Shown: positions 15,369-28,962 of the stretch, piece by piece
How positions within the stretch are numbered: position 1 is the stretch's first letter
How the letters are laid out: each line of letters opens with the position of its first letter
Source: a virus
Lineage: Duplodnaviria > Caudoviricetes
Reading direction: 5' to 3' (one strand)
DNA: 35,065 nt
IMG/VR virus record: IMGVR_UViG_3300016665_000978
Span: 1-35,065 of that record
Program-made: the position numbers and the translations under genes
The notes under the pieces: generated by a model
What the model was told of the DNA's origin: nothing
Seen by the model: only the letters and a program-made list of their open reading frames with translations
Databases searched by the model: none

Positions 15369-15662
15369 ATGACTGACCGCGTTTTTACTTATGTTGGTAT
15401 CGCTACTATGAAAAACCGTACCAAGCTCAAGTATGCCAATGGCAATATTGATCTTCGAATCAAGAGCATGGAACGCCTGGGATTCACAAACATTGAATTT
15501 GTGAAGCTTCCTGGACCCATGAACAAGGAAGATGCAGTTAATGCCGAGGTTGTGCAAGAGCTGATGCTGAGGCACAATTTTCAAGCTGCAACCAAAGTCA
15601 AGCCAGCCTCTAACGCCAAGATTGCTGCCACAGCTACAGATGTTGAAGCCGAGCCTGCTTGA
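15369..15662 (+). CDS. Hypothetical phage protein
   Basis: Strong AAGGAG SD before ATG 15369 (MTDRVFTY). Confidence 0.7.
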   Translation: MTDRVFTYVGIATMKNRTKLKYANGNIDLRIKSMERLGFTNIEFVKLPGPMNKEDAVNAEVVQELMLRHNFQAATKVKPASNAKIAATATDVEAEPA

Positions 15663-15741
15663 CCCTGTGAAAAAAGTTTGTTGACACAAAAAAGTCCTCA
15701 AGTATGCTAGAAAGCAGTAAGCATACTTGAGGAGAAACTGC

Positions 15742-15969
15742 ATGCTAACACAAACCGAAAAGGTCTTCAACTATCTCGAAGCTGGTCGCACACTCACTGC
15801 GCCAGAGGCGCGCGCTCGCTTTGGTATCCAAAATCTTCGGGCGCGAGTACACGAGCTTCGTGTAGATGGGGTCAACATCACTACTGTTCCGTATGTTCGT
15901 AAGGATGGCCAGCGAGCTGTGAAGTACCAGCTGGTTCGGAACGTCAAGAAGACCTCTCGGCGAACTTGA
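15742..15969 (+). CDS. Small winged-helix DNA-binding protein
   Basis: VFNYL..G.TLT..EA..RFGI.NL.ARV.ELR..G. GAGGAG SD; promoter TTGACA(15681)-N16-TATGCT. Confidence 0.75.
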   Translation: MLTQTEKVFNYLEAGRTLTAPEARARFGIQNLRARVHELRVDGVNITTVPYVRKDGQRAVKYQLVRNVKKTSRRT

Positions 15970-16059
15970 GTTGGCTAAATAGTTTGTTGAAAACAACAGA
16001 CTATTTTATTATCTACTGGTGTCACTAACCCTGAACACCAGAAACTTTGATTAGGATAC

Positions 16060-16095
16060 AGTGGGTTGCAGCCAAAAGTTGCAACCCACTTTTTT
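16060..16095 (+). terminator. Intrinsic terminator
   Basis: AGTGGGTTGCAGC-caaaa-GTTGCAACCCACT followed by TTTTT. Confidence 0.85.
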
Positions 16096-16132
16096 GTTTG
16101 ACACTGCTCACAGTGTGTGTATATTAGGGAGT

Positions 16133-16552
16133 ATGACAATGCATCTTCTCCCGGCGTTCATCAACACCAATGGCAACACCAAGCGGAAGAAAACACCGCA
16201 GCAGGTGAAGGCACAAGCTGAGCATGAAAAATGGTTGAAGAAAAAGGGCGTACATCCTGAGCAGCTGGCCAGCAAAACGCAAACCAAAAGCCGCAAGCTG
16301 AAGCTGGATTTGGTGAGGGATCGAAATACGCCTGCATGCAGCAATGGGTTTGCGCCTGGTGGTGCCAAGCGAAGTGTTTTTGACAGCGAGTGGCAGAAAC
16401 AGTATGATGACCCTGCGATGATTGAGCGCGAAAAAGCTGCTCTTCGTGCGGCTGAGGCCAAGAAAAGCCAGGTAATGCCCCTTTATAATAAGGGGGGCTA
16501 TCAGTTCAGTGGCAATCTCAAGATGACAGAGCTGGGCAAGCGTCGTCCTTGA
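16133..16552 (+). CDS. Basic hypothetical phage protein (PLYNKGGYQ motif)
   Basis: Promoter TTGACA(16098)-N16-TATATT just upstream. The C-terminal YNKGGYQ motif recalls uncharacterised myophage proteins. Confidence 0.65.
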   Translation: MTMHLLPAFINTNGNTKRKKTPQQVKAQAEHEKWLKKKGVHPEQLASKTQTKSRKLKLDLVRDRNTPACSNGFAPGGAKRSVFDSEWQKQYDDPAMIEREKAALRAAEAKKSQVMPLYNKGGYQFSGNLKMTELGKRRP

Positions 16553-16556
16553 TTCT

Positions 16557-18164
<1,608 letters not shown>

Positions 18165-18241
18165 AAAGCTAGCCCTATTTATTGTTTTCGTGGAAGTTTG
18201 GATTTGAGTTGATAAATACTGATAACGAACTAGGCTCCAAA

Positions 18242-18445
18242 ATGCATATAATCTTTGAACTCAAACAAACGTTCTTGCAACAAAATTGGATCAAAAAGAT
18301 TTATGACTGTTGGCTTGTAATATGCTTCGTTTTGGCTATTTTTTTGTTTTTTGGCAAATTGTCAGAACAAGTGTTTTTTCAGCTGTTATGGCCCATAGTA
18401 GTTGTGGGATATTTTGTAAGAATAATAGTATATTTGAAAGGGTGA
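18242..18445 (+). CDS. Small two-TM membrane protein
   Basis: Two hydrophobic segments; TAAATA at 18213. Confidence 0.45.
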   Translation: MHIIFELKQTFLQQNWIKKIYDCWLVICFVLAIFLFFGKLSEQVFFQLLWPIVVVGYFVRIIVYLKG

Positions 18446-18519
18446 ATGATACTAAAAAGTTCACAATAGTAGACCGTGTTAGTAAGCCATAGTTAATTTT
18501 GAAAGATGAAAATCACACC

Positions 18520-19161
18520 ATGTCACATTTATGTCTTGAAGGCAACACTTTTGATGCCAACCCTTACTGGACTGTGCCCATTAACCAACCTGACCCACCT
18601 GCACTCGACACTGTTGAATTGTTTGACCAAAATGGTTATGACCTCAGCAAGCTGGAGTTGTTATACAGTGAAACCAACAATGGCTGGGCATCGGTTCACA
18701 GGAATCACCACCACATAGCACTGAGAAAAAGTTGGTTTTCACAGCCGCCATTGGATAGAGGTGCTGTATTGAACCACAGCCTCTTATTTGAAAGAAAAGG
18801 ATTCTCGGGAGATGCAAGACAACAACTGGAAAATTGGGCCAAAAATACACCTTTGTTTTGGAAAGTTGTTAAAATACGTCCCAAGTGGGGGTTTGACTTC
18901 AGTATAGACTGGGCTGATGAACAAGGCAATGTTTTTGAAATTCTCCATTATGAATTTGATGGATTCAGCTATGCAGAAGTAGATGAACAAAGGCAGTGGC
19001 ACGAAGAGAAATTTCAAAGCATCGATTGGCAGGATGCAGCGCAGCGAATGCTACAGCGCAAGGATGAATGGCATTCACTGGAATTTTTTGAACAAAGCAA
19101 TTGGAAATGCCAGTTTTTTGGCATTGGACAAGAACGTTTCAAAATGGTTTTGTGGGAATAG
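18520..19161 (+). CDS. Hypothetical phage protein
   Basis: Long aromatic-rich ORF (FDQNGYDL, PKWGFDFSID); start 18499 or 18520. Confidence 0.7.
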   Translation: MSHLCLEGNTFDANPYWTVPINQPDPPALDTVELFDQNGYDLSKLELLYSETNNGWASVHRNHHHIALRKSWFSQPPLDRGAVLNHSLLFERKGFSGDARQQLENWAKNTPLFWKVVKIRPKWGFDFSIDWADEQGNVFEILHYEFDGFSYAEVDEQRQWHEEKFQSIDWQDAAQRMLQRKDEWHSLEFFEQSNWKCQFFGIGQERFKMVLWE

Positions 19162-19182
19162 CACTGCTACATGCTCAAGACA

Positions 19183-19214
19183 AAGTGAACTCACACATGA
19201 TTGTGAGTTCACTT
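19183..19214. terminator. 13-bp hairpin between convergent genes
   Basis: AAGTGAACTCACA-catgat-TGTGAGTTCACTT. Confidence 0.55.
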
Positions 19215-19242
19215 ACACATGGTTATTGGTTAAAAATTTCAA

Positions 19243-19689
19243 TTATTCGCGGTTTTGTTTTGTTGAGGCACGCAAGAACCAACCATGTTTGGCGTGACTT
19301 TCCAGTCTCCCGCCTAGGAAATTGATCACGCCTTCATCATTCGCAATTTTAGCTTGTTCCACAGCTTTTTTGAGGCTAGCTATTACCTTATCGTTTGTTT
19401 CCAACAGCTTGCTGATCATTGCGCTACTAGTGGGAATCTTGCTGTCATCATCAACTGTAGCTAGCTCACTCAAACGCCCAAAATTGAAAGGCACATATTC
19501 ATCGAGTGCACGGATCTTTTCAGCAATGTCATCAACTGATGCCCAAAGCTCTTCGTAAATTTTTTGAAACAGCGTGTGATATTCGTAAAAATCGCGTCCT
19601 TCTACATTGAAGTGATACTTGTGCGTTATCATATACATGGTGAAAGTGTCTGCCAGTAATACTTTCATTGCGTTTCCTAGATCGCTCAT
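19243..19689 (-). CDS. dps: Dps-family ferritin-like DNA protection protein
   Basis: HKYHFNVEG..F...H..F...Y...D..AE.IR, H.K..W. TATAAATA at 19717-19724; alternative start 19707. Confidence 0.88.
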   Translation of the reverse strand: MSDLGNAMKVLLADTFTMYMITHKYHFNVEGRDFYEYHTLFQKIYEELWASVDDIAEKIRALDEYVPFNFGRLSELATVDDDSKIPTSSAMISKLLETNDKVIASLKKAVEQAKIANDEGVINFLGGRLESHAKHGWFLRASTKQNRE

Positions 19690-19699
19690 GGAGATTTCC

Positions 19700-20173
19700 T
19701 CAGTCATCGTTTTCTCTATTTATAACAGTTGTTTCATACTTGACGCCAGCTTCGTTTAACATGTTTTGACTCACTTGTATTTGTTCTTGCCATTTTTGAT
19801 AAAATGTGCCTGTGGGATCCAAACATGCCTCATCCACGATCAAACTCTTGATGCCACTTTGAATAATAGCTCGAGTGCAATCACAACAGGGCCAGTGTGT
19901 GACTACCAAGGTGCAGTTGTCACAACTGATGCCATTTCGTGCACATGCATATACTACGTTCCGTTCAGCATGCTCAAACAACCAATTCTTATGAGGTTTT
20001 TGCCACACTTGAGGATTGGTGTCAAGAATATTACGTGGTGGACCGTTGTAGCCAAAACCTCTTGGATTTCGATTTTGATCAAAAATCACAGCACCAACTT
20101 TGATCTCGTCCTTGCTCCAACTGGCTACTTCATGTGCCAGCCGTAACCACCTCTGATTCCATTTATGTGACAT
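19700..20173 (-). CDS. dCMP deaminase-family protein
   Basis: WSKD..KVGAVI, GYNG, HAE.N, PCCDC.RAIIQSGI. Confidence 0.88.
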   Translation of the reverse strand: MSHKWNQRWLRLAHEVASWSKDEIKVGAVIFDQNRNPRGFGYNGPPRNILDTNPQVWQKPHKNWLFEHAERNVVYACARNGISCDNCTLVVTHWPCCDCTRAIIQSGIKSLIVDEACLDPTGTFYQKWQEQIQVSQNMLNEAGVKYETTVINRENDD

Positions 20174-20238
20174 ATGAAATTTACCCCTGTAACATAGGAG
20201 CTTAACTTAAATATGGCTCTAGTGCAAGGTAACAAACG

Positions 20239-20730
20239 ATGACCAAAATAGTATTCTTGGATTTTGATGGTGTGCTATTGCCAGATCCTGATGCCAGAGC
20301 ACAAGCAGTGGAAGGACTGTCAACCTCCAATTACCTACAAAAAGTAATCTTCAATACCAATTGTGTGGCCAATTTGAATCAGCTGTTGAAGCAGAGTCAT
20401 GCTGAAATTGTTCTCAGTACAAGCTGGGCTGACGGAAACAGCATCAGTGCTCTAAGCAATTGTCTTTTGAGAAACGGTATTGATCCTTCCTGTATTTTTG
20501 AATACGACGACCCCAGTGAAGGAAATTACATGACTCCTAGACAGCAAGGGTCAAATCGGGGCCAAGAAGTTTTGAATTGGCTTTCTGATCATCCAGAAAT
20601 TAACACTTGGGTAGCAATAGATGACAACCCAGCCATCTTGTATTTGAAAACCAATTATGTGCGAACACATCCTGATCACGGACTTGATAAGGATGGTGTA
20701 TCCAAAGCTCTATCCTTCCTCCAAGGATAA
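20239..20730 (+). CDS. HAD-superfamily phosphatase (Swiss-Army-Knife RNA-repair-like HAD type)
   Basis: FLDFDGVL, IVLSTSW, RG.E...WL, WVAIDD, GL. Confidence 0.75.
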   Translation: MTKIVFLDFDGVLLPDPDARAQAVEGLSTSNYLQKVIFNTNCVANLNQLLKQSHAEIVLSTSWADGNSISALSNCLLRNGIDPSCIFEYDDPSEGNYMTPRQQGSNRGQEVLNWLSDHPEINTWVAIDDNPAILYLKTNYVRTHPDHGLDKDGVSKALSFLQG

Positions 20731-20768
20731 ACAGAGTAAATAATCCTATAACAAAGGACTGGTAAAAT

Positions 20769-21194
20769 ATGAACATTTTTGAACACTTCATCAAAAGTGA
20801 AACAGGAATTTATGCTGGCAAACACGTGATTGTGGATTTATGGGGTGTAGTAAACCACTCTCAAGAGAGTGAAATTGTTGAGTGTTTTTCTCAAGCTTGC
20901 GTTGATGCAGGTGCTACTGTTTTGTTCAAGCATTGTCATCATTTTGGTGAAGGTGCAGGAACCACAGGTGTAGTAGTTCTTAGCGAAAGTCATCTTTCTT
21001 GGCATGCTTGGCCGGAAGCATCGATGGTTGCTATTGACATCTTTATGTGTGGACAAGCCGATCCAGAAATGGCATTACCTCGTATCAAAGATTTCTGGAA
21101 ACCCAAAACCATAGACTTCTCCATTATGCAACGAGGTATTGTGAAGCCACACAAACTCCCCTTTGACATAACGCACTTTGTTGCCAAATCATAA
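20769..21194 (+). CDS. speD: S-adenosylmethionine decarboxylase proenzyme
   Basis: GKHVIVDL, GTTGVVVLSESHLSWHAWPE, DIFMCG, RG. Confidence 0.9.
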   Translation: MNIFEHFIKSETGIYAGKHVIVDLWGVVNHSQESEIVECFSQACVDAGATVLFKHCHHFGEGAGTTGVVVLSESHLSWHAWPEASMVAIDIFMCGQADPEMALPRIKDFWKPKTIDFSIMQRGIVKPHKLPFDITHFVAKS

Positions 21195-21196
21195 GT

Positions 21197-21508
21197 ATGT
21201 TTGATTCAATCACACTCTTGGAAATTTTCCAGATTAGGGATGAGAGAAGTGATAAACTTTGGGGGCGTTTCCGTCTCAACAATGACTCGTGGCACGTTTT
21301 TTGGTGTGCTTGGAACGGCAGCAGCAGTTTCAAAACTCATGGTGCAGGCTGGGAAGGTATGATAAGCACACAAAGAGGCAAGCAAGCCAAGATAAAAAAA
21401 GGATATAAGCAAGTTGTTTACCAAGATATAATACAAGAGTGGCCCAACTTTCCCACTATGATGCTTGAGAGATTCACTTGGCATATCTTGCAAACTGAGG
21501 GGGTTTAA
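21197..21508 (+). CDS. Hypothetical protein (WGR-like)
   Basis: SDKLWG...FW...KIKKGY pattern. Confidence 0.55.
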   Translation: MFDSITLLEIFQIRDERSDKLWGRFRLNNDSWHVFWCAWNGSSSFKTHGAGWEGMISTQRGKQAKIKKGYKQVVYQDIIQEWPNFPTMMLERFTWHILQTEGV

Positions 21509-21529
21509 ATAACTAAAAAGGATTCTTCC

Positions 21530-22076
21530 ATGAGCCTACGAGAGCATATCCACTTGGTGGAAGCTGCAAGCAAACTTGAGCCTATCAAAATCAGCCCACT
21601 GCCTTACAAAACAAAAGATCTTGAGCCTGCTATGAGTGAGCACAGTGTAGATGTGCATTACAACACATTGACAAAGAATTATTTCAAAAAATACAAGGCC
21701 ACTGGCGACTTGTTTCAAAAAGCAGGTGCACTGTTGCATAACGATTTCTTTTGGCCGTTGCTCAAGCCTTATTCAAAAAACAACAAGCCCAGTGCAGACC
21801 TCATGAGCAAGATCCACACTGCCCACAACAGCTTGGACTCATTTAAAAAAATCCATAGTTGAATCAGCCTTGAGCATTCAAGGCAATGGGTGGGTATTGA
21901 TAATGGAAGACCTTCAAATACAAACCATCCAGAATCACGTTTTGAAACCTGGTATTGCTATGGCTATTGATCTTTGGGAACACACCACAGTGGATTATGA
22001 TTTCAATAGAGAAAAGTTTTTTCAAGAGTTTTGGAACGTTGTAAATTGGGATAAGTTGGAAACATTATTGAAATGA
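21530..22076 (+). pseudogene. Fe/Mn superoxide dismutase-like gene split by a one-base frameshift
   Basis: LPY...LEP..S....HY and LHN.FFW in the first ORF; QGNGW, DLWEH, VNWD in the second. Removing one A from the A7 run at 21845-21851 fuses them. Confidence 0.75.
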
Positions 22077-22405
22077 AAAACGCAATTTCTTTGACCAGTG
22101 CTGCTGAGCAACATATAAATGAAATCTTGAAAAACAGCCAACAAAAGGTGTTTTTAGTAAGCATTGACAACAAAGGCTGCTCCGGGCATAGTTATGTTTA
22201 TGAGCTGTGTAATCAGGAACAACTGGGCAAGTTTGATGAAACAGTTGACCTGGAGGCCGGCTTGTTAGCAATCAAGGCCAGCAGTGTCATGAGATTACTG
22301 GGCAGCACTCTTGGAGTGGAAAACAACGAGTTTGGCCAACAATTTGTTTGGACCAATCCCCAGGTCTCAGGCACTTGTGGCTGTGGGAAAAGTGTGAGTT
22401 TTTAA
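22073..22405 (+). CDS. iscA: A-type Fe-S cluster carrier (IscA/HesB family)
   Basis: ISLT..A, GCSG..Y, NP....CGCGKS..F. Confidence 0.88.
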   Translation: MKNAISLTSAAEQHINEILKNSQQKVFLVSIDNKGCSGHSYVYELCNQEQLGKFDETVDLEAGLLAIKASSVMRLLGSTLGVENNEFGQQFVWTNPQVSGTCGCGKSVSF

Positions 22406-22410
22406 AATTT

Positions 22411-23016
22411 ATGATCAAAACAAACTATTCAAGCAAACTGTTTTTTGGAAAGTACTCTACCAAAATCACAGTATCTACCATTGTTGCAAGTAAAAAACGT
22501 TATACATATGGATACCCGAAGCCAGCTGAAGTTTTTGTTTTGCACAATTGGTGCAAAGACAACTTCCAAGATGCTTTTATTATCAAAGACCACTTCATAA
22601 GAACAAATAATGGTCTTGAATATCATCAGATGGTTTACACATCAAATGCTCAAGACAAAAACTCCCTAATTGCACAATTTTCTTCACAAGTGTTGGAAAT
22701 TACTCAGCCGCTGAATTCTGACCATGAAAAATCATTGGAAGTGCGCAATCTAGTGATTGTCAGAAAAAATCTATTGTTCAACAAATACAAATACAGTGTG
22801 TATTTCAAATACGATCCCACTCATGAAACATGGAATTGGCTCAAAACATTTTTCAAGGACGAAGAGGGTTACAAACTTGTTCCTGCCGCTAACGACCTCA
22901 CAGCATATCCTGTTTGGCCCAGGGTATATTTGGTGGACGACACACATCTTGTGACTTTGAAGCTGATGTGGCAAGAAAGAATTGATTACATCAAAACAGT
23001 GGAATTGCTGCCCTAG
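22411..23016 (+). CDS. Hypothetical phage protein
   Basis: ATG 22411 (MIKTNYSSKLFFGKY). LFFGKY/LLFNKY suggests an internal duplication. Confidence 0.65.
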   Translation: MIKTNYSSKLFFGKYSTKITVSTIVASKKRYTYGYPKPAEVFVLHNWCKDNFQDAFIIKDHFIRTNNGLEYHQMVYTSNAQDKNSLIAQFSSQVLEITQPLNSDHEKSLEVRNLVIVRKNLLFNKYKYSVYFKYDPTHETWNWLKTFFKDEEGYKLVPAANDLTAYPVWPRVYLVDDTHLVTLKLMWQERIDYIKTVELLP

Positions 23017-23069
23017 CCTTGTTTTTTCAATAGTCTTAAATATTGGTAATCAAACACAATGGATTACCA

Positions 23070-26000
23070 ATGACGTCTTATCCTTTTTGGGTTACAGCAG
23101 GTGAACTGCCAAGCAGAAGTGAAGGCTACAGCTACAGCAGTAACCCAGAAATTCTTTCTTACGGTGAAACAAACAATCTGCCGTGTACGGTAAGTATCCC
23201 TCCCATAAATGGAACCTTACCTCCTGGCACACGATTGGAATTGGTGGGTGCTCAAGTTCAAATCAAAGGGCAAATATCAGGAGTTGTGGGCTCAGAGACT
23301 TTTGGGTTTACATTACGACTCAACAATGGCACCTTTTCAGCCGATCGCACCTTTTATATAACTGTATCAAACAGCATTGATATTTTGGAATGGGAAACCA
23401 GCAACAACACAGTGCTGGGATATTACTACTCACTGGAACCACAAAAGTTTGTTGTCACAGCACAAAACACTCCTTTAAAATCCATAACCTACAGTTTTCC
23501 CTCCATTATTTCTTGGACCCAAGGTGTTTCCGTTGAAGCTGCAACTGGATTGGTTACTGTAGACTTGTCATGGAAACCCACTACCAATTACACAGTGTTG
23601 GACTACGTATTCAACAATGGATATTTGTATAAATGCAGTATTGCAGGCAAGAGCGGCATAGCCAACGGTCCATATGTGCAAGGAAGCAATATTGTTGACA
23701 GCATTGACCCTCCCTGGCAGCCAAACACCTATTATGTTGTAAACCAACTTGTATCCAACGATTCTGGCAAACTCTATGTTTGTATAACCAGCGGGTTCAG
23801 TGCACCAGCTGGAGGACCCACTGGTACAGGTGGCTCAATCCCTGATGGCTACCCAACTGTTTGGAAATATGTGGACCAAGCTGCTGTTTGGAACCAAGTA
23901 GCACCTGGCACCTCTGAAATCCTTAGTTTTACTGTACTGGCATCCACAAATACCAAGAACATTTCTCGAGTATTTCAAGTGGGTTTGATAAGTCCGCCAC
24001 ATGCACCCATTTGGACCACTCCTTCTGGTAGTTTGGGATCTGTAGTGCCTGGAACAGCCTTCAATTATGCATTGCAAGTTTTTGAACCAGACTTCCAAAG
24101 CATCAGCTTTAGTAGTGGCAATCTACCAGCCTGGCTGAATCTCAGTATTTTGGGAGAACTGTGGGGTGAAGCGCCAAATGTTCCCAGCACCACTGTTTAC
24201 TCTTTTTCAGTAGTTGCAAGCGACGGCACTAACTCAGTATCACAAAACTTTTTTGTAACAGTTGCCCGAGACGATCAACAGATAGTTTGGCAAACATCGC
24301 ATGATTTGGGGTCAATAAAAGACGGAGAATTCAGCAGCATACAATTTCAAGCCATTACCAATCGTCCTGGCGCAAGTATCCAGTATGGCTTAAGTGGTGG
24401 CAACATACCTCCTTATACAATCGTAGTTAGTTCCACAGGTATGCTAAGTGGCTTTGTGGAATATCATGCTGTGCCCAAAACCTATCTTTTTGAAGTCAGC
24501 GCCAGCGATGGTACAGATATTGTGGCCCGCTGGTTCAAGTTGACTGTAGAGAGCTTGAATCTTGAACATTACATGAGTATTCAAATTCCCATAACAGGTA
24601 CCAACAAACTGGACTTTATTATAAACAACAGCAGCAGCTTGATGCCTCCTGAATATTTGTTCCGTGAAGCAGATAAAAACTGGAGTCGTAACGACACTCC
24701 AGCAGTATCAGTGATAAATGGGTTGAATTATCAAAATGTTGCGTCTGTGCGAGATGCTATAAGCAACTATTTGACAGAATTCCATCTCAGTTATAGTAAT
24801 GTATATGTGAGCGAAGGCTCTGCACTTCCATACCAAACACTTTTTGTAGCTGTGAAAGACGCTAACAGTGTAAGATCCTGGAGTCCATTCTCAGTTTTCA
24901 GCCGCAATGAAAGAGTCAGCACAAGCAGCGGACTCCAACTAGTGGCCTCTGTTGGAGGTGTAAGCGGAGACTTTCCTGAGCCGCAACGATCTGGTGCTGA
25001 TGGATCTGTAGTTTGGCAGGTTGCAAGTGTTCCCAACAAGGTAACCAGTAGATTGTTGCCGCTGCCTTGGTATCCACAGCACAAGTATCAATCTCAGCAA
25101 ACCGTAGTGAATCAAGATTTGCTTTTGACTGCTCAAACAGCTGGATATAGTGCAGGCGGATTGGGGCCATCAGGTGGTCAAGGGCCGGTAGGACCAATAC
25201 CTATTCAAGACAATCAAGTGACTTGGCTAAAACAAAACAAACAAGGGCCAAATCAAGCGTTTCCTGCCAGCATATACAACATCCGACAAACAACTGCCAG
25301 CATGTTTGGATTTTCCAATGCCAAGGGCTCAGGAGCTCAAGCAACTGCTAGTGTAAATTTAAGTAGTGGTGAAATAACAGGTGTCACAGTAAATGCCACT
25401 GGCACTGGCTACTATAGCCAACCAACCGTTACCATAATTGGTGCTGGGTCAGGAGGTATAGTTGAAGCGCACCTGGGCCTAACAAGCGGCACTATTGCCA
25501 GCTCGACACCTGGATTTGTGGTGGGCCAAGAATTTGAAGTCACTAACGGCATAAGTGTGTCTAATCAATTTGGCAAACTACGGATATCCAGTGTCAGTAA
25601 CATTGGTGCTGTAACTGGGATTGAGATAATCTCAAATGGCTTGTTCTCACATTTCCCCAAAGGCAACCTCACTTTCTTCAATGGGTCCAAAAACTTCTCT
25701 GTTTTGTTTGATTTAGGAGTTACCCAGGTAAGTGTAGTCAGTCCTGGGCAAGGATACCAACAGGGTGCATTTTTAAGCTTTCAAGGTACAGAGCTGTTGC
25801 CCAGTTGGCAAAGCATGTGGGCTGATGGTTATGTGCTAAGTGTTCCGCTAGCTGAAGTAACTGACTCAGGTGCCAGTTGGTTCAAAAACAATCCTTTTCC
25901 TGTAAATCCCTATAATGGAACAGAGATTGAAGTAAAGCAACTGGAGTTAACAGTTCAAGGTATAGTCTGGACTGGCACAACAACTTTTGATCTGGATTGT

Positions 26001-26267
26001 ATGACGTGGGACGTGGATCAAACGCAGATGATAGAGTATGAGCCCGCAAGTGAAACAATTTTTGACGATAACGCAACATACTTTGACGAGTTCACTACGC
26101 AATTTGATTTTGTGGACAACAACAACATTCCGTTTGGTCAAGTAATATTTGATCAAAACCAAACCATATTTGATTATTACAGCACAGTATTCAACCAAAG
26201 ATCCTCAATAGTATCCAGTAGGTTCTCAAGAAGTTGGACTTTGAATTTTGGCAAACCATGGGCGTAG
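23070..26267 (+). CDS. Large virion structural protein (putative baseplate/tail) with Ig/cadherin-like repeats
   Basis: Repeated W.T..G.L, LP.....G...G and ASDG motifs; WQP/WKP...Y modules; G.GY segments; C-terminal T-x-F-D repeats. TAAATA at 23037. Confidence 0.7.
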   Translation: MTSYPFWVTAGELPSRSEGYSYSSNPEILSYGETNNLPCTVSIPPINGTLPPGTRLELVGAQVQIKGQISGVVGSETFGFTLRLNNGTFSADRTFYITVSNSIDILEWETSNNTVLGYYYSLEPQKFVVTAQNTPLKSITYSFPSIISWTQGVSVEAATGLVTVDLSWKPTTNYTVLDYVFNNGYLYKCSIAGKSGIANGPYVQGSNIVDSIDPPWQPNTYYVVNQLVSNDSGKLYVCITSGFSAPAGGPTGTGGSIPDGYPTVWKYVDQAAVWNQVAPGTSEILSFTVLASTNTKNISRVFQVGLISPPHAPIWTTPSGSLGSVVPGTAFNYALQVFEPDFQSISFSSGNLPAWLNLSILGELWGEAPNVPSTTVYSFSVVASDGTNSVSQNFFVTVARDDQQIVWQTSHDLGSIKDGEFSSIQFQAITNRPGASIQYGLSGGNIPPYTIVVSSTGMLSGFVEYHAVPKTYLFEVSASDGTDIVARWFKLTVESLNLEHYMSIQIPITGTNKLDFIINNSSSLMPPEYLFREADKNWSRNDTPAVSVINGLNYQNVASVRDAISNYLTEFHLSYSNVYVSEGSALPYQTLFVAVKDANSVRSWSPFSVFSRNERVSTSSGLQLVASVGGVSGDFPEPQRSGADGSVVWQVASVPNKVTSRLLPLPWYPQHKYQSQQTVVNQDLLLTAQTAGYSAGGLGPSGGQGPVGPIPIQDNQVTWLKQNKQGPNQAFPASIYNIRQTTASMFGFSNAKGSGAQATASVNLSSGEITGVTVNATGTGYYSQPTVTIIGAGSGGIVEAHLGLTSGTIASSTPGFVVGQEFEVTNGISVSNQFGKLRISSVSNIGAVTGIEIISNGLFSHFPKGNLTFFNGSKNFSVLFDLGVTQVSVVSPGQGYQQGAFLSFQGTELLPSWQSMWADGYVLSVPLAEVTDSGASWFKNNPFPVNPYNGTEIEVKQLELTVQGIVWTGTTTFDLDCMTWDVDQTQMIEYEPASETIFDDNATYFDEFTTQFDFVDNNNIPFGQVIFDQNQTIFDYYSTVFNQRSSIVSSRFSRSWTLNFGKPWA

Positions 26268-26305
26268 TAATCTGTTAAATAGCGCAGATATTTTTGTGAT
26301 GGCCC

Positions 26306-28536
<2,231 letters not shown>

Positions 28537-28537
<1 letters not shown>

Positions 28538-28962
28538 TGGCAGTCATCAGCAGAGTAAATCCCAATTTTCCAGTTCCTGGTATTGATCAAAGCTCAAAAG
28601 GTTTTCGAGACAATTTTGCCACAATCAAAACAGAGATAGAGAACCTGCAAGCCAAAGCAATTTTGCTGACAGGTGATGTAATCGCAGGACCAATTTTGTT
28701 GGATTCTGGAACAAGCCCTGTAATCATACCCACTGTAGGTTTGGTTTTTCGAAAAAGCTTTGTAGCGGCTGATTTGGTTGCAGGCACGCTTACGGTGCCA
28801 CATAACCTGGGTCAAAAAATTGTTCTGGTGCAAGTGAGCAATAATGTGAGTGAAGTAATATCACCTGATAGCATAACACTAACCAGCACCAGCAGTTGTT
28901 CAATTGTGTTAACAAGTTTCTTACCATTGGTAGGAACTTGGAATGTTATTGTGCGAGCTTAA
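28537..28962 (+). CDS. Small virion protein sharing the GFRDNF N-terminal module
   Basis: NPNFPVPGIDQSSKGFRDNFATIK; V.HNLG motif; TAATG overlap with the fibre gene. Confidence 0.7.

Noticed and set aside
14976-15770. Long N-terminal extensions of ORFs 14793-15770 and 14976-15662
   Set aside because: They overlap each other and the promoter region; motifs and SD sites support starts at 15236 and 15369.
18242-18445. Holin call for the small membrane protein
   Set aside because: Only hydrophobicity and a late box support it; there is no adjacent lysin or family motif.
20239-20730. HAD protein as the tRNA-insert processing enzyme
   Set aside because: The family has an RNA-repair association, but the gene is 15 kb away and no ligase is present in the window, so nothing here supports the link.
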